Positions 18,888-30,628 of a stretch of DNA of 50,453 bases are shown in pieces. The stretch's first letter is position 1, and each line of letters starts with the position of its first letter. Position numbers and translations under genes: made by a program. Below the pieces are notes generated by a model that was given only the letters and a program-made list of their open reading frames with translations, did no database searches and had not been told where the DNA came from. The DNA lies in NCBI GenBank assembly GCA_030916945.1, contig JAUPVS010000005.1, forward strand, positions 1 to 50,453. The letters run 5' to 3'. Source of the stretch: Patescibacteria group bacterium. Lineage in GTDB: Bacteria > Patescibacteriota > Saccharimonadia > Saccharimonadales > JAUPVS01.

Positions 18888-19238
18888 TTAAGCGCTCCGA
18901 TGTCTTTAAGAGCCTGACCAATCCCCATGAGGGCTTGTTTAACGTCTTTTTCTTTTAGAACCGGCGGCTCTTCGCTAACCAGCTTGTTGCGTAGTTTATG
19001 GCCGAACCAGACACCGTCGATATTACTAAATAAACTGTGGGCAGACACCATTCGTTCGCCGGTGGTTTTACCCTTGTAGTGGAGCTTGCGTAAGCCCTCG
19101 TCGAGCAATTTGTCGGCAGCAATAATGGCTTCACCCCATTTGTCTTTGTCGGCTAACATTTTCTGGAGTTCTTTCCAGCGGGCTTGGAACTTTTCGGTTT
19201 TAAGGGTTCGACGGCGCAACCGTAGTTTCTTTAAGACA

Positions 19239-19246
<8 letters not shown>
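18884..19246 (-). CDS. Conserved hypothetical, HEPN/DUF4145-like protein inside gatCAB
   Basis: AIIAADKLLD..L.....G.T.GERM...W..HKLRNKLVSE; overlaps both the gatA stop and the gatB start. Confidence 0.7.
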
Positions 19247-20656
<1,410 letters not shown>

Positions 20657-20657
<1 letters not shown>

Positions 20658-20950
20658 CAGGCAACCATCCTTGGTACTTTAAAATGATCACCTTCGGTGT
20701 CGGGCGCGTTCTTTAGAAGCGCCTTGGGATCGGCCTGGTAGTCGACGACTTCGTCGGGGCGGGTAACATCTTTTAGTCCGTTTACCTGATAGGTTGGTTC
20801 AACGTCTGTTAGGTCGACATCTTGCAACAGCTCAACATACTGCAGGATGCTGCCAATTTCGGACTCGAACTGGGTGACTTCGTCATCGGTTAGTTGCAAA
20901 CGCGATAATCGAGCCAATTTTAAGATATCTTCGCGCGAAAGTTTGCTCAT
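20657..20950 (-). CDS. gatC: Asp/Glu-tRNA amidotransferase subunit C
   Basis: LARLSRL...I..IL.YV..L..VD...VEP...RPD...NAP.....FKVP pattern; first gene of gatCAB. Confidence 0.95.
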
Positions 20951-20996
20951 GTGGCACTAGTATAACATTTCTAACAGACATGAACAGATAATCTAG

Positions 20997-21025
20997 TTTA
21001 CAAAACCATGGCCGAGGCATACCAT
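20997..21025 (+). promoter_or_regulatory. sigma70-type promoter of the alpha/beta hydrolase
   Basis: TTTACA (20997-21002), 17-nt spacer, TACCAT (21020-21025); SD AAAGGA before ATG 21051. Confidence 0.5.
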
Positions 21026-21050
21026 GAAGTTAAGCAATAAAGGAATAACC

Positions 21051-22004
21051 ATGGCCGAGCCTTTTGTTTCGCCAGAATACGCCTCTTCCGACGGCTTCGA
21101 AGCCGCCTCACTCGCACCTGTGCACCAACTTCACCCTCCCCAAGAGGGTGATTTTGATTCTGGTACCCATCACTTTTATCAGGGTGATGTCAAAGTTGGT
21201 CGAGAAGATATTATTTGGACTCTAGAACTTTCAGAAAATATGGCTTATGACGGCTTAGCAATTATTGTTCCCGGCTACTCAGGAATTAAAGGCAGTTCAC
21301 GCAAGCCTCGTGGGGCCATGGCCGACGAAGGTTTTGCCACACTTAGCTACACACCCGCCCGACGTGGTTCGTCTTGGTACGAAACGGCGACCAATCCACA
21401 ACTGCTCCACTCAAAAACCATTCACCAAGTTGGTAAAGCAGTATTCGAGAGCACCGAAATTAGAAACACAGCGCCAAATATACAGGATAGGTCCTTAGAT
21501 AAACTACTCTTGCTTGCACATTCGATGGGCGGACTAGGTGCTACCGAGTACGGCATATTCTCGCCTCAGTCGGTTGATGCGATAGTCAAATTAGCGGCCT
21601 GCGGGTACGGCCACCCAACGCTTGCCGAGATTATTGCTGATGTACCCAAAGGAGCTCACCTTGGCCTTTGGCATGAATTGATACCATCACTGCTTCAAGG
21701 CCATATACCAATTAACGGTCGTAATGCCAAAGATCTAGTTAATTACTTTATGCACTTGCGAGCAGCCATAGAAGGCAACAGCTGCCTACGTGAAGACTCG
21801 CGCGAAAAGGTGGCAACCATCCGCGACAACGGTGTTTTTGTGGCCTACCAAGCCTACCAGCACGACATCTTAGTGCGAGCCGACCCAGCTGTAGCAGAAC
21901 ACGTTGACTATCACGAAATTATGCCTGACGCTGGTCACCTGGCGCCAATTCGCAAAGCTAAGCAAGTTGCCCAGCGAGTGTCAGATATTGTTCTGAGTCG
22001 TTAG
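21051..22004 (+). CDS. Alpha/beta-fold hydrolase
   Basis: IVPGY oxyanion region, AHSMGG nucleophile elbow, HDILV (Asp), AGHLAP (His). Start set at ATG 21051 by the SD. Confidence 0.8.
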   Translation: MAEPFVSPEYASSDGFEAASLAPVHQLHPPQEGDFDSGTHHFYQGDVKVGREDIIWTLELSENMAYDGLAIIVPGYSGIKGSSRKPRGAMADEGFATLSYTPARRGSSWYETATNPQLLHSKTIHQVGKAVFESTEIRNTAPNIQDRSLDKLLLLAHSMGGLGATEYGIFSPQSVDAIVKLAACGYGHPTLAEIIADVPKGAHLGLWHELIPSLLQGHIPINGRNAKDLVNYFMHLRAAIEGNSCLREDSREKVATIRDNGVFVAYQAYQHDILVRADPAVAEHVDYHEIMPDAGHLAPIRKAKQVAQRVSDIVLSR

Positions 22005-22718
22005 CTAGTTAGTTAGCAACCAGCGGGCGACGACGTCACGGATGCGGCGGTATTCGGCTTCTTCGTACTGCATGTTGGCAATACAGAAGCGTTTGCCGGA
22101 GATGTTGGTGCAGAACATGCTGTCTTGCATGTCGGAGGTGTCATGCATCATAAAACAGTTAGTGATTCGACCAGACCATGAAATGCCAAAGGAATTGGTG
22201 CATTCACCGCTATCTTCTATCCGGATGCAAAAGGTGGCATCACCGGAACGTTGACAAGCCGCTACGAACTCGCAGCCATGGACACCGTCCGAGAATAGTA
22301 CATTCTTGCAGCCATTGATATCTTGCGATCGAAAGACGTTCTCGGAGTACTTAATAACGTCTGATTCAGATACGTTGATAGAATCGGTGTTACGCTCGGT
22401 AGTCGTGTAGTTAATTTCTTCCCACGCGGCCAATATATCTTCGATAGCGTTAAGTGGGCGGGCCGGACGCAGATAGTCAGTCTCTTCACTGGCACCGGCG
22501 ATCTCTAGACCACGAGCATTATCTTGCTTAACGAATTTTACCGGGTTGGTTGACTGCGCCCAGGTAACTGAGCCATCGATGGCATCGGTAACTTGCTGCG
22601 GCAAACGAACGTCAAAGGCAAATTTTTCCTGGAACTGCTCCAGGGTTAGTGGATTTTTATAGCCAAAAACCTGGGCGACGATTTTATCTAAAACTGCTTG
22701 GGCTTCTTGCTTGGTCAT
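22005..22718 (-). CDS. Hypothetical protein with Cys/Ser-periodic beta-solenoid-like repeats
   Basis: C-terminal half has roughly 6-residue periodic Cys/Ser repeats ending in FCIANMQYEEAEY; translationally coupled (TAATG) to the upstream ATPase. Confidence 0.75.
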   Translation of the reverse strand: MTKQEAQAVLDKIVAQVFGYKNPLTLEQFQEKFAFDVRLPQQVTDAIDGSVTWAQSTNPVKFVKQDNARGLEIAGASEETDYLRPARPLNAIEDILAAWEEINYTTTERNTDSINVSESDVIKYSENVFRSQDINGCKNVLFSDGVHGCEFVAACQRSGDATFCIRIEDSGECTNSFGISWSGRITNCFMMHDTSDMQDSMFCTNISGKRFCIANMQYEEAEYRRIRDVVARWLLTN

Positions 22719-24721
22719 TACTTTTCCTTCCGTTTTCTTGCCTTGTCGCGACTCGATGAGTGCTCGGCCAACATATCTTTAATACTAGAGAAAGCTCGTT
22801 TGGACTGGATGTTTTCTTTTATGCCACTAAGTTTAGTGGTGTCGTGGTTTTGGGCTAGTTGTTCAACAAACTCTTTCGAGAAATGGATTGGTTGTTGAGC
22901 AGAGCCGCTACCTTCGACAAACTTTTCGGGCAGAACGGCGGTAAGTTTAGCGGCTGGAGCAGTTGTTACCTTGGCGCCATGTGGCGCATCAACCGTACGC
23001 GCCTTAATGGCCGGCACAACCTGGCCGTTAGAAACAACCCGCACCAGGCATTCGCGTGGGTGCAGGTCGGTCATCATCTTAATGCGAATGTCACTTTCCT
23101 TCTGCCCTTTCTTGCCGGCGGCTTCGACTAGCTCCTTGGCGATCTCGATATTTAAGTTACCTTCGAGCGCTCGGGCATCATCTTCTGACACCTTAAAGGC
23201 ATAGTAGTTATAGACATTAGAGAAAATGGCAGCCTGCAAATCTTTTTCGACCTGACCAAAGTACTGCTGGGTCAGAATAACAGTCAGGTTGAACTTGCGG
23301 GCTTCGGCCAGAATTTGGGCGATGGCCGGGTTCTGCACCACCGAAACCTCATCAATTATCAAAATTACTTTTTGGTTGAAGGCACGCGCCTGGGCCAGCA
23401 AGAATATCTGCTGAATCAACAAACCAGCCACGGTTTTGGTAACTTTTTCGCCCATACTAACCTTGTTCAGCGAAAAGACTGTTAAAAAGTTGTCCTGGAT
23501 CATCTTGGCCAGTGACTGATCATTGCCCCTCACCAACGAAGGCTGCATCTGCATTTCATCTACCAAAGAAACGACCGGTAGAATTGTTTCGTTATAGTGC
23601 TGAGTGCGTAGTTCGTTATAGTCAGCGCCAAAGAACTTAACAACGTTCTGCGGCACGTAGCCGTCGACATGCGACAGAACCTGGTTACGATACTCGACTT
23701 CGGTCTGGAAGCGTTTAAGGTTGTTGAGCGACATAGCCTGGGCGGTCATCAAAACAAATAAACTGTAGCGCAGTAGCCGATCAAGCCGGTTATTAAACTG
23801 ATCGCCCAGTAACGACTTAAATAGTGTCGCCGTTAGTTCAGTGGCGGCCGATATGTCAGCCGTGGCGTCACTAAACAGCTCGGTGCTTTCGTTGTCAAAG
23901 TTAACAGTTTTGCTATTAGGAATATGCGCCACATCCTCGGCGATAGCAGCGTGCGGGTCGATAATTACCACCCGATAATTCATCTTTAGCTGGGTCCGCT
24001 GCAAGCGGTCAACAATCAGGGTTATCAACTTAGATTTACCGCTACCACTGGCACCGATAATAAATGAGTGTTTGTCGAATTCGTAGTTGCTCAGGTTCAG
24101 GTAGTAGTTGTGCGAAAAGTATGGAAAGGTATCGACTTCGAAGACGGCGTTGACGTTATCGCTTAACAGCATGTGCAGCGATTTTTCGATGTTCAAGTAC
24201 TTTGGTGTAGAGCGTTTTAAGTAACGGGCATTCTGTTCAAAGTTAATGTCGAGCAATTTGACCGGCAAAAAGCTGGTCGACCGACTTGATTTAGACCATG
24301 TTCCGCCAGCATTCTTAAAGTACATGTTGCTACGCACAATTGCTTTTTCGACATTAATCGAACGGATCTTAAAGACGGCGTATTCTAGGTTTTTGGCCTT
24401 TTTAACAGCGTACTTCTCTTTGAGGTCCAGGATGTTACCGCCGGTAACGAACTGCACCAGCCGTTCCTTGTTGGCCGCCGTTGGCAATTTAAACTCATCC
24501 TTGCTAACTGGCCTTAGCAAAATGCCATCAAGATTATTGCTAACCGAACTCAAGTCCTTGTCGCAAACAACAAAGAAACGCACCATGTTATCGGTACAGG
24601 TAAAGACAATTTCGAACTTACCTAAAACCCCCAGGTAAGAAGTGAGGGCTTTATAAAGCTTGGTCCATTGTTCGGCTTGCAGGTGGTCAGTCAGAATGTA
24701 TAGTTCAAAATAATGTTGCAT
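22718..24721 (-). CDS. HerA/FtsK-VirD4/TraD superfamily P-loop ATPase (DUF87-like)
   Basis: HSFIIGASGSGKS (Walker A), IIDPH, LIIDEV (Walker B), EARKF...ILTQQ (arginine finger, Gln motif). Probable start ATG 24721. Confidence 0.85.
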   Translation of the reverse strand: MQHYFELYILTDHLQAEQWTKLYKALTSYLGVLGKFEIVFTCTDNMVRFFVVCDKDLSSVSNNLDGILLRPVSKDEFKLPTAANKERLVQFVTGGNILDLKEKYAVKKAKNLEYAVFKIRSINVEKAIVRSNMYFKNAGGTWSKSSRSTSFLPVKLLDINFEQNARYLKRSTPKYLNIEKSLHMLLSDNVNAVFEVDTFPYFSHNYYLNLSNYEFDKHSFIIGASGSGKSKLITLIVDRLQRTQLKMNYRVVIIDPHAAIAEDVAHIPNSKTVNFDNESTELFSDATADISAATELTATLFKSLLGDQFNNRLDRLLRYSLFVLMTAQAMSLNNLKRFQTEVEYRNQVLSHVDGYVPQNVVKFFGADYNELRTQHYNETILPVVSLVDEMQMQPSLVRGNDQSLAKMIQDNFLTVFSLNKVSMGEKVTKTVAGLLIQQIFLLAQARAFNQKVILIIDEVSVVQNPAIAQILAEARKFNLTVILTQQYFGQVEKDLQAAIFSNVYNYYAFKVSEDDARALEGNLNIEIAKELVEAAGKKGQKESDIRIKMMTDLHPRECLVRVVSNGQVVPAIKARTVDAPHGAKVTTAPAAKLTAVLPEKFVEGSGSAQQPIHFSKEFVEQLAQNHDTTKLSGIKENIQSKRAFSSIKDMLAEHSSSRDKARKRKEK

Positions 24722-24781
24722 AGAAACGCTTCTTATAGCCAAATTGTAATGCTTATCGTTGGCAGCCGCAAGCCAAACAAC

Positions 24782-26758
24782 CTACATTTTACTCTTGACA
24801 TCGGCGATGATGTCACGCAATTCGGCAGCTTTTTCGAACTGTAGGTTGGCGGCGGCCAAGTCCATTTGGCTGGTGAGGTCGCGAATAATGTGACCGTACT
24901 CGTCTTTAGGTATCTTTTTAAGATTGAGCTTAGCTGTTTTGGCCTCTTCTGGCAGGTCCGGTCGCATACCCTTCTCAATCGCTTTAGCGATGCCCTGCGG
25001 GGTAATGCCGTGCTTAGTGTTGTAGTCTTCTTGGATCTTGCGACGGCGGGTCGTTTCGTCCAAAGCTTTTTGCATGCTGCCAGTCACACGGTCGGCATAC
25101 ATAACAACCCGGCCTTCGATATGGCGGGCGGCGCGGCCAATGGTCTGGATCAAGGCCTGCTCACTGCGCAAGAAACCTTCTTTGTCGGCGTCTAAAATTG
25201 CCACCAGGCTAACTTCTGGCAAGTCCAAGCCTTCGCGCAGCAAGTTAATCCCCACCACCACGTCGTAGGTGCCAAGCCGTAGGTCACGCAGAATGTCGGT
25301 TCTTTCTAAAGTATCGACGTCACTATGCAGGTAGGTAACCTTAATGTTAATTTCTTTGAGGTATTCGGTCAGGTCTTCGGACATCCGCTTGGTCAGGGTT
25401 GTTACCAGAACGCGTTGGTTCTTGGCGACAGTGTCACGGATTTCGGCAATTAGGTCGTCAATCTGGCCTTCGACCGGCCTGATGGTAATTGGCGGGTCCA
25501 ATAAGCCAGTCGGGCGAATAACCTGTTGGGCTGGCGCAGGGCTGCGGCTTAGCTCGTAATCGGCCGGCGTGGCACTAACGTAGATTGCTTGGTTAACATG
25601 GTGCTCAAATTCACTAAAGGTAAGCGGGCGGTTATCGAGGGCGCTAGGCAAACGGAAGCCGTGATCCACCAAGACTTCTTTGCGGGCCCGGTCACCGTTG
25701 TACATACCACGCACCTGCGGCATGGTCATGTGTGACTCGTCGACCATTAGTAAGAAGTCGTCGGGAAAATAGTCTAACAAAGTGGCTGGCTGCTCGCCTG
25801 GCTCACGATTGGTTAGGTAGCGGCTGTAGTTTTCGATACCTTTTACAAAACCGGCCTCCTGGAGCATCTCTAGATCAAACCGCGTCCGCTGCTGCAGGCG
25901 TTGGGCTTCGAGCAACAAGCCCTTCTTCTTAAAGTAAGCCAGTCGGTCTTCGAGCTCCTTTTCGATATTGCCCATAGCAACCTTGAGCTTGTCATAGGGG
26001 GTTACATAGTGACTGCCCGGGAAAATCTTTAGCTCTTGCAAGCTAGCCAAAACTTCGCCAGTTAGCGGGTCGATCTTGGTTATTTTTTCGATGTCATCAC
26101 CAAAGAATTCAATCCGATAGGCTAACTCCTCACCAGCTGGGAAAACATCAACCACATCGCCACGCACCCGGAAGGTACTACGATGAAAGTCGATGTCATT
26201 ACGCTGGTACTGAATGTCGGTTAGTTGACGCAAGAACTTATCGCGCACCTTGCGTGTGCCCACCTGCAAGTCAATCGACAGGCCGTTATAGTCTTCGACC
26301 GAACCAATGCCGTAGATACAACTGACACTGGCCACGATAATAACGTCTTTGCGACTTAGCAGAGCGTCGGTGGCAGCGTGGCGCAGGCGGTCAATCTCTT
26401 CATTAATCTGACTATCTTTTTCTATATAAGTATCGCTGCGCGGAATATAAGCCTCCGGCTGGTAGTAGTCAAAGTAGCTAACAAAGTAGTGGACGGCGTT
26501 ATTTGGGAAATAGTTTTTGAACTCGCCATATAACTGGGCAGCCAGAGTTTTGTTGTGACTTAAAATTAGAGTTGGCTTTTGGGTGTTCTGGATGACATTG
26601 GCCATGGTAAAGGTCTTACCAGAGCCGGTGACACCCAGCAGGGTTTGCTCTTTAACGCCCTTTTCTAGGCCTTCGGTCAATTGTTTAATAGCCGTTGGCT
26701 GATCGCCCGTCGGCTTATATTTGGCGGTTAGTTTGAAGGGTGTGTTGCTCTGGGCCAT
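24782..26758 (-). CDS. uvrB: Excinuclease ABC subunit B
   Basis: [56 protein letters not shown] and a C-terminal UVR domain. Confidence 0.98.
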   Translation of the reverse strand: MAQSNTPFKLTAKYKPTGDQPTAIKQLTEGLEKGVKEQTLLGVTGSGKTFTMANVIQNTQKPTLILSHNKTLAAQLYGEFKNYFPNNAVHYFVSYFDYYQPEAYIPRSDTYIEKDSQINEEIDRLRHAATDALLSRKDVIIVASVSCIYGIGSVEDYNGLSIDLQVGTRKVRDKFLRQLTDIQYQRNDIDFHRSTFRVRGDVVDVFPAGEELAYRIEFFGDDIEKITKIDPLTGEVLASLQELKIFPGSHYVTPYDKLKVAMGNIEKELEDRLAYFKKKGLLLEAQRLQQRTRFDLEMLQEAGFVKGIENYSRYLTNREPGEQPATLLDYFPDDFLLMVDESHMTMPQVRGMYNGDRARKEVLVDHGFRLPSALDNRPLTFSEFEHHVNQAIYVSATPADYELSRSPAPAQQVIRPTGLLDPPITIRPVEGQIDDLIAEIRDTVAKNQRVLVTTLTKRMSEDLTEYLKEINIKVTYLHSDVDTLERTDILRDLRLGTYDVVVGINLLREGLDLPEVSLVAILDADKEGFLRSEQALIQTIGRAARHIEGRVVMYADRVTGSMQKALDETTRRRKIQEDYNTKHGITPQGIAKAIEKGMRPDLPEEAKTAKLNLKKIPKDEYGHIIRDLTSQMDLAAANLQFEKAAELRDIIADVKSKM

Positions 26759-26774
26759 CTATACATTGTAGCAT

Positions 26775-27383
26775 TTAGCCGTAATGTGGGGCATCACTGT
26801 CTAAATACCAACGGGCTAGCTCGTCCTTGAGGTCAATGTCGGCGTAGTCTTTTTCGAGCATCTTGATGACTTTAGCAACCAAGCGTTCGGGGTCGTCATC
26901 AAAAACTAGCATGTCGCGATTGGGCGCTTCGAGCTGTTCAACCAGCTGTTCAACCACCGCCGCCGTACCGCCACTATCGGTTAGTACTCCGCAAGGCATA
27001 TTACTCAACAGCGCCGTGGTGAATTCGTGCAAACTACCAAAACGGCCACCAATGGTGATAATGGCGTCACTGGACTGCACCAGGTGAATATCGCGACCAA
27101 CGTAGTGCATACCGGTAAAGTTCACGAAATCAAAGACGCCAATCGGTAGACGATACTTATGCAGGTGTTCACGTAAGCTGCTAGCCGGCGAAAAACCAAT
27201 ACTCATGCCACCGGCTTGTTTGGCGGCCTGAGCGGCGTAGTACGGCAAACCCACGGTTGCGCCAGTGGTTAGGGTATGGCCACTTTTGGCAATGGTTCGG
27301 CCCAATAGCTCGGCGTCGGCCCGACCGCTTTTGACAGTTCGCCCACCGGCCGCACCAGATACGCAGATACTAAAATTCATCAT
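26775..27383 (-). CDS. LOG/SLOG family nucleotide-binding protein (putative NMP phosphoribohydrolase)
   Basis: ICVSG, LG..IA..G..L.TGA..G.P, G.SIGFSP, R...LV.SSDAII.IGG.FGSL.EF (variant of GGxGTxxE). Confidence 0.8.
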   Translation of the reverse strand: MMNFSICVSGAAGGRTVKSGRADAELLGRTIAKSGHTLTTGATVGLPYYAAQAAKQAGGMSIGFSPASSLREHLHKYRLPIGVFDFVNFTGMHYVGRDIHLVQSSDAIITIGGRFGSLHEFTTALLSNMPCGVLTDSGGTAAVVEQLVEQLEAPNRDMLVFDDDPERLVAKVIKMLEKDYADIDLKDELARWYLDSDAPHYG

Positions 27384-28615
27384 AATTCTTCCGGCTTAAT
27401 GACATCGTTATCTAATTGTTCTAACACCTGTTGTTCCAGGTTCTTTTGACCCATGTAGCGCACAAATACTTCGTTCCACAGCGCTTCGCGGAAGTGGTAA
27501 ATAGCCCGTTCAGCATAGGGCGATTGGTTAACGTAACTGGCGGCAATGTCTAGTAGGTTCATGGTGACTGGTCGGCCAGCATGAACTTCGCCCACATAGT
27601 CAAGGTCACGCCAAAACTCGAGTTCCGGGTCTACCTTGAATAGTAGCTCTTCGGCCTGGCGCCAGTGCAAATCTTCGGGCTGAACGTGCGGTTCGAATAT
27701 CTCTGGATGGTATTCTTTTTCGAGCTTCCCAAAGTAGCGCTGGATCACCCGCCAGTGAATGGTTTGGCCAGCCATAACAGCCGCGCTCGACGGGTCAGCT
27801 ACTAAAGTATTAGCGACGATTTCACCAAACTTGGGCTGCATCTGCTTGAGTTTAAAGAAGGCCGAGTACAACCTAATCTCGTTTAGATAATGGAATAATA
27901 GCGGCATTACAAAAATTGTTACGCCGCGAAGGTTGTTTTCTTTAGAAATTGGTAACATCAAAATCACGCCCAGCTCTTTAAGATGAGTGATATTGTGACG
28001 TTTTTTGTGAACAAATGGGGTGGCAAAGGTTGCCCAGCGTTCGGCCGGCATTTCGACAATTTCCATATCGCGCGTCTCAAAATCACTCGGCTTGAGTTTT
28101 TTGTACTGCTCATTAAAGTGATTCAGCCAGTCGGGTGACTCAACAAAGCGCAGGGCGCCATAAATTTCGCCAAGTTTTTCGCGCTTCAGCATCGAATCAA
28201 CCGACCGATAGCCCAAGTGCTTCATAATTGCCTTGGGTGGCGTTTTTTTGAGCATGCCCTTGGCGACACTGGCTTTAAGCACCCAACACTTCTTAGACAC
28301 ATCAACGTCTTCCCAGGCCTTTTTAATCAGCGGCATCAGGGTGTCGACATCATTGGGGTCGGAGCCGCCAATTTGTTTAACCAAGTGCTGGTCATGTTTC
28401 TCGATAAGATTTAGGAGGGCGTAGTACAGTTCCTTGCCAGTGGTGTCATCGGGGTCTAGGCCAAGTTCTTGGGTTTTAAGGCGTAGTTTGCCGGTAATTT
28501 CGGCCGTTAAACGGATGTCAGCACTGGGGTTACCGCTCTCGGCTTCGAGCTGTTTGAGCGCCAACGAGAACATAGGTTCAGTAGCCCCCAACAGTTCCGA
28601 CAAAATCTTGCTCAT
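27380..28615 (-). CDS. Conserved hypothetical protein (about 410 aa)
   Basis: Long ORF with core-like codon usage, stop overlapping the LOG gene start. No motif recognised. Probable start ATG 28615 (TTG 28654 possible). Confidence 0.8.
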   Translation of the reverse strand: MSKILSELLGATEPMFSLALKQLEAESGNPSADIRLTAEITGKLRLKTQELGLDPDDTTGKELYYALLNLIEKHDQHLVKQIGGSDPNDVDTLMPLIKKAWEDVDVSKKCWVLKASVAKGMLKKTPPKAIMKHLGYRSVDSMLKREKLGEIYGALRFVESPDWLNHFNEQYKKLKPSDFETRDMEIVEMPAERWATFATPFVHKKRHNITHLKELGVILMLPISKENNLRGVTIFVMPLLFHYLNEIRLYSAFFKLKQMQPKFGEIVANTLVADPSSAAVMAGQTIHWRVIQRYFGKLEKEYHPEIFEPHVQPEDLHWRQAEELLFKVDPELEFWRDLDYVGEVHAGRPVTMNLLDIAASYVNQSPYAERAIYHFREALWNEVFVRYMGQKNLEQQVLEQLDNDVIKPEEL

Positions 28616-28659
28616 ACTTACCTTAAGATTACCATGAGCGCTTTGGGTGGTCAAAGAAC

Positions 28660-29634
28660 TTAAGGTTTTGTGATTGGGTGTATGATCATCGGCATGGTGT
28701 GTAAGTGCGCACCGGCCTTAATAATGCCTGGTTTGGCACCTAAGTGACTAACCACGCTGGTCGAGTTGGCACTGGCAAATAGAATAGCTTTTTCCATTGG
28801 TTCGCCGGCGGCAATCATAGCCGTAAAACCACTACTAAAGGCATCGCCGGCTCCAGTCCGGTCTACCACCGGCACCTTGTCGTACATGCCGGCTTTGTAG
28901 ATTTTCTTGCCATCACAACCCACCGAACCCTTGGGACCATCGGTAATAATTACAAATGGAATGTGGTTGGCGGCGTGGCGAGCTAGTTCTTCGCAAGTAT
29001 CACCCCTAAATAACATTTGGGCTTCTTCCTTATTGACACTCAAGATACTAATGTCGGGTAAAAACTGCTTGAAGGAATGGCCCTTCTTGAGTTCTTTTTT
29101 GCCAGGGTTGATTGCCACTTTTATGTGGTGTTTGCGGGCGTAGGTCATGATTTTCTTGAGCGAATCAAGGTCACCGGATAGGGTTGTTATATAGAACCAA
29201 TCGGCCCGCACATTTTGAAAGTCGGCGGTTTTAATTTTCCAGTCAACCGATGCACCGCGGTAGGTTAGAATAGTGCGTTCGCCGTTGGGTGCCAATAACA
29301 AGGCCGAATAGCCAGTTCCCAATTTATCGGTGGTGTGCATCAGCTTGGTGCTGACGTTGTCGGCATGTAGATCGGCCACAATCGACTTACCGGCCAAGTC
29401 GTTACCCACCCGACCCAAAAAGGCGGTTGGGAAGCCCTGACGGGCGAAGGTTACGGCCGCGTTAGTCGCACCTCCACCAGTGGTAATGTAGACATTATCG
29501 ATATCGTTCTTAGTACCAAGTTCAAAGCTTTCGACCATGTCGCCGTCATCGTCTTTATGGGCCCTAAAAATCTCGCCCTGTAAAAAGACATCTTGCACGG
29601 CCGCCCCAATCGAAACAATTTTGGGCATCGTCAT
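28660..29634 (-). CDS. PfkB/ribokinase family carbohydrate kinase
   Basis: GGGATNAA, G.VG.D..G, GERTIL, N..EA and VVDRTGAGDAF signatures. Confidence 0.93.
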   Translation of the reverse strand: MTMPKIVSIGAAVQDVFLQGEIFRAHKDDDGDMVESFELGTKNDIDNVYITTGGGATNAAVTFARQGFPTAFLGRVGNDLAGKSIVADLHADNVSTKLMHTTDKLGTGYSALLLAPNGERTILTYRGASVDWKIKTADFQNVRADWFYITTLSGDLDSLKKIMTYARKHHIKVAINPGKKELKKGHSFKQFLPDISILSVNKEEAQMLFRGDTCEELARHAANHIPFVIITDGPKGSVGCDGKKIYKAGMYDKVPVVDRTGAGDAFSSGFTAMIAAGEPMEKAILFASANSTSVVSHLGAKPGIIKAGAHLHTMPMIIHPITKP

Positions 29635-29638
29635 GGCT

Positions 29639-30553
29639 CTACTGTGGCTTAGCCTTGCCGGCCGAATTAAACATATCTAACTTTTCTTCGACAACTTTTT
29701 GAACTTCGTCTTCGACCTGGCGCATTAGTTTTACGACAGCGTATTCGGTAGGATTATCATCCAAGACTTTCTCTAAGGTCTGGCGATAGGCGATGCGCAT
29801 GTCGGAGTTAATATTTACTTTTGTAACACCAATCTTAACAGCATCAACAAAATAATGTGCCGGCGTGCCGCTGCCACCATGCAAGCTAATATTGCAGGTA
29901 ATGGCTTTGCGGATTTCTTTAAGTAGCACTATGTCTAAGTGTTTGGGTACCGGGTACTTGCCGTGTAGGTTGCCGATAGCAGCCGCAAAAGTGTCGATAC
30001 CGGTGGCTTGCACAAACTTCTGGGCATTTTCGGGAGTGCTAAAGGTTTCTTTAATGGCTTTGTAGTCGATCTTTTCGGTGTGCAAGTTAGAGCTGCCGGC
30101 AAAGTAGTGCATTTCGCTCTCGACCAGAGCACCAGTTAGTCGGGCACAGGCTACCACCCGCTGGGTGGCGTCGATAATTTCTTCGTCAGTAGCGTCGTGA
30201 TTGGCCTGGCTGACATCAATGTGAATGAACTCAAAGCCCGCCTCAATACCGGCAATGGCATCTTCGACGGTTGGCGAGTGATCCAGGTTAATGTACATCT
30301 CGACACCATACTCATCCTTATAGTTGTCGACCATGTCACGGACGTTGTCATGGCCTAATACGTCGACTTCGCCCTTGCTAACTTCAACCAAAACCGGCGC
30401 GTTCTTGTTCTTGGCAGCGCGCACCACGGCCCGCAATGTTTCTTGATTATCTAAATTGAATGCACCCAGGGCGTAGTGACCATGGCGGGCTCGATCCATG
30501 GCTTCCCGGGCCAATTGGCAGTTTTCACGAATTTGTCGGAGTGTCAGTGGCAT
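29639..30553 (-). CDS. fba: Class II fructose-bisphosphate aldolase
   Basis: ALGAFN, NLDH, GF..I.ID.S, VESE, AIGNLHG.Y, LHGGSG and KVNINSD motifs. Confidence 0.92.
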   Translation of the reverse strand: MPLTLRQIRENCQLAREAMDRARHGHYALGAFNLDNQETLRAVVRAAKNKNAPVLVEVSKGEVDVLGHDNVRDMVDNYKDEYGVEMYINLDHSPTVEDAIAGIEAGFEFIHIDVSQANHDATDEEIIDATQRVVACARLTGALVESEMHYFAGSSNLHTEKIDYKAIKETFSTPENAQKFVQATGIDTFAAAIGNLHGKYPVPKHLDIVLLKEIRKAITCNISLHGGSGTPAHYFVDAVKIGVTKVNINSDMRIAYRQTLEKVLDDNPTEYAVVKLMRQVEDEVQKVVEEKLDMFNSAGKAKPQ

Positions 30554-30593
30554 TTGTATATAAAACCTTTCGTCCTATTGTAACCGCTCATGC

Positions 30594-30622
30594 TTGCTTT
30601 TACCACTCTTTCTTCTTAACCT
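30594..30622 (+). promoter_or_regulatory. sigma70-type promoter of orphan 30629-31120
   Basis: TTGCTT-17-TAACCT, 6 nt before ATG. Confidence 0.45.
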
Positions 30623-30628
30623 AAGCTT

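Noticed and set aside
22718-24721. Conjugative element or HerA-based defence island
   Set aside because: No relaxase, VirB, nuclease, SIR2 or integrase neighbours, and composition resembles the core genes. Kept only as an unknown module.
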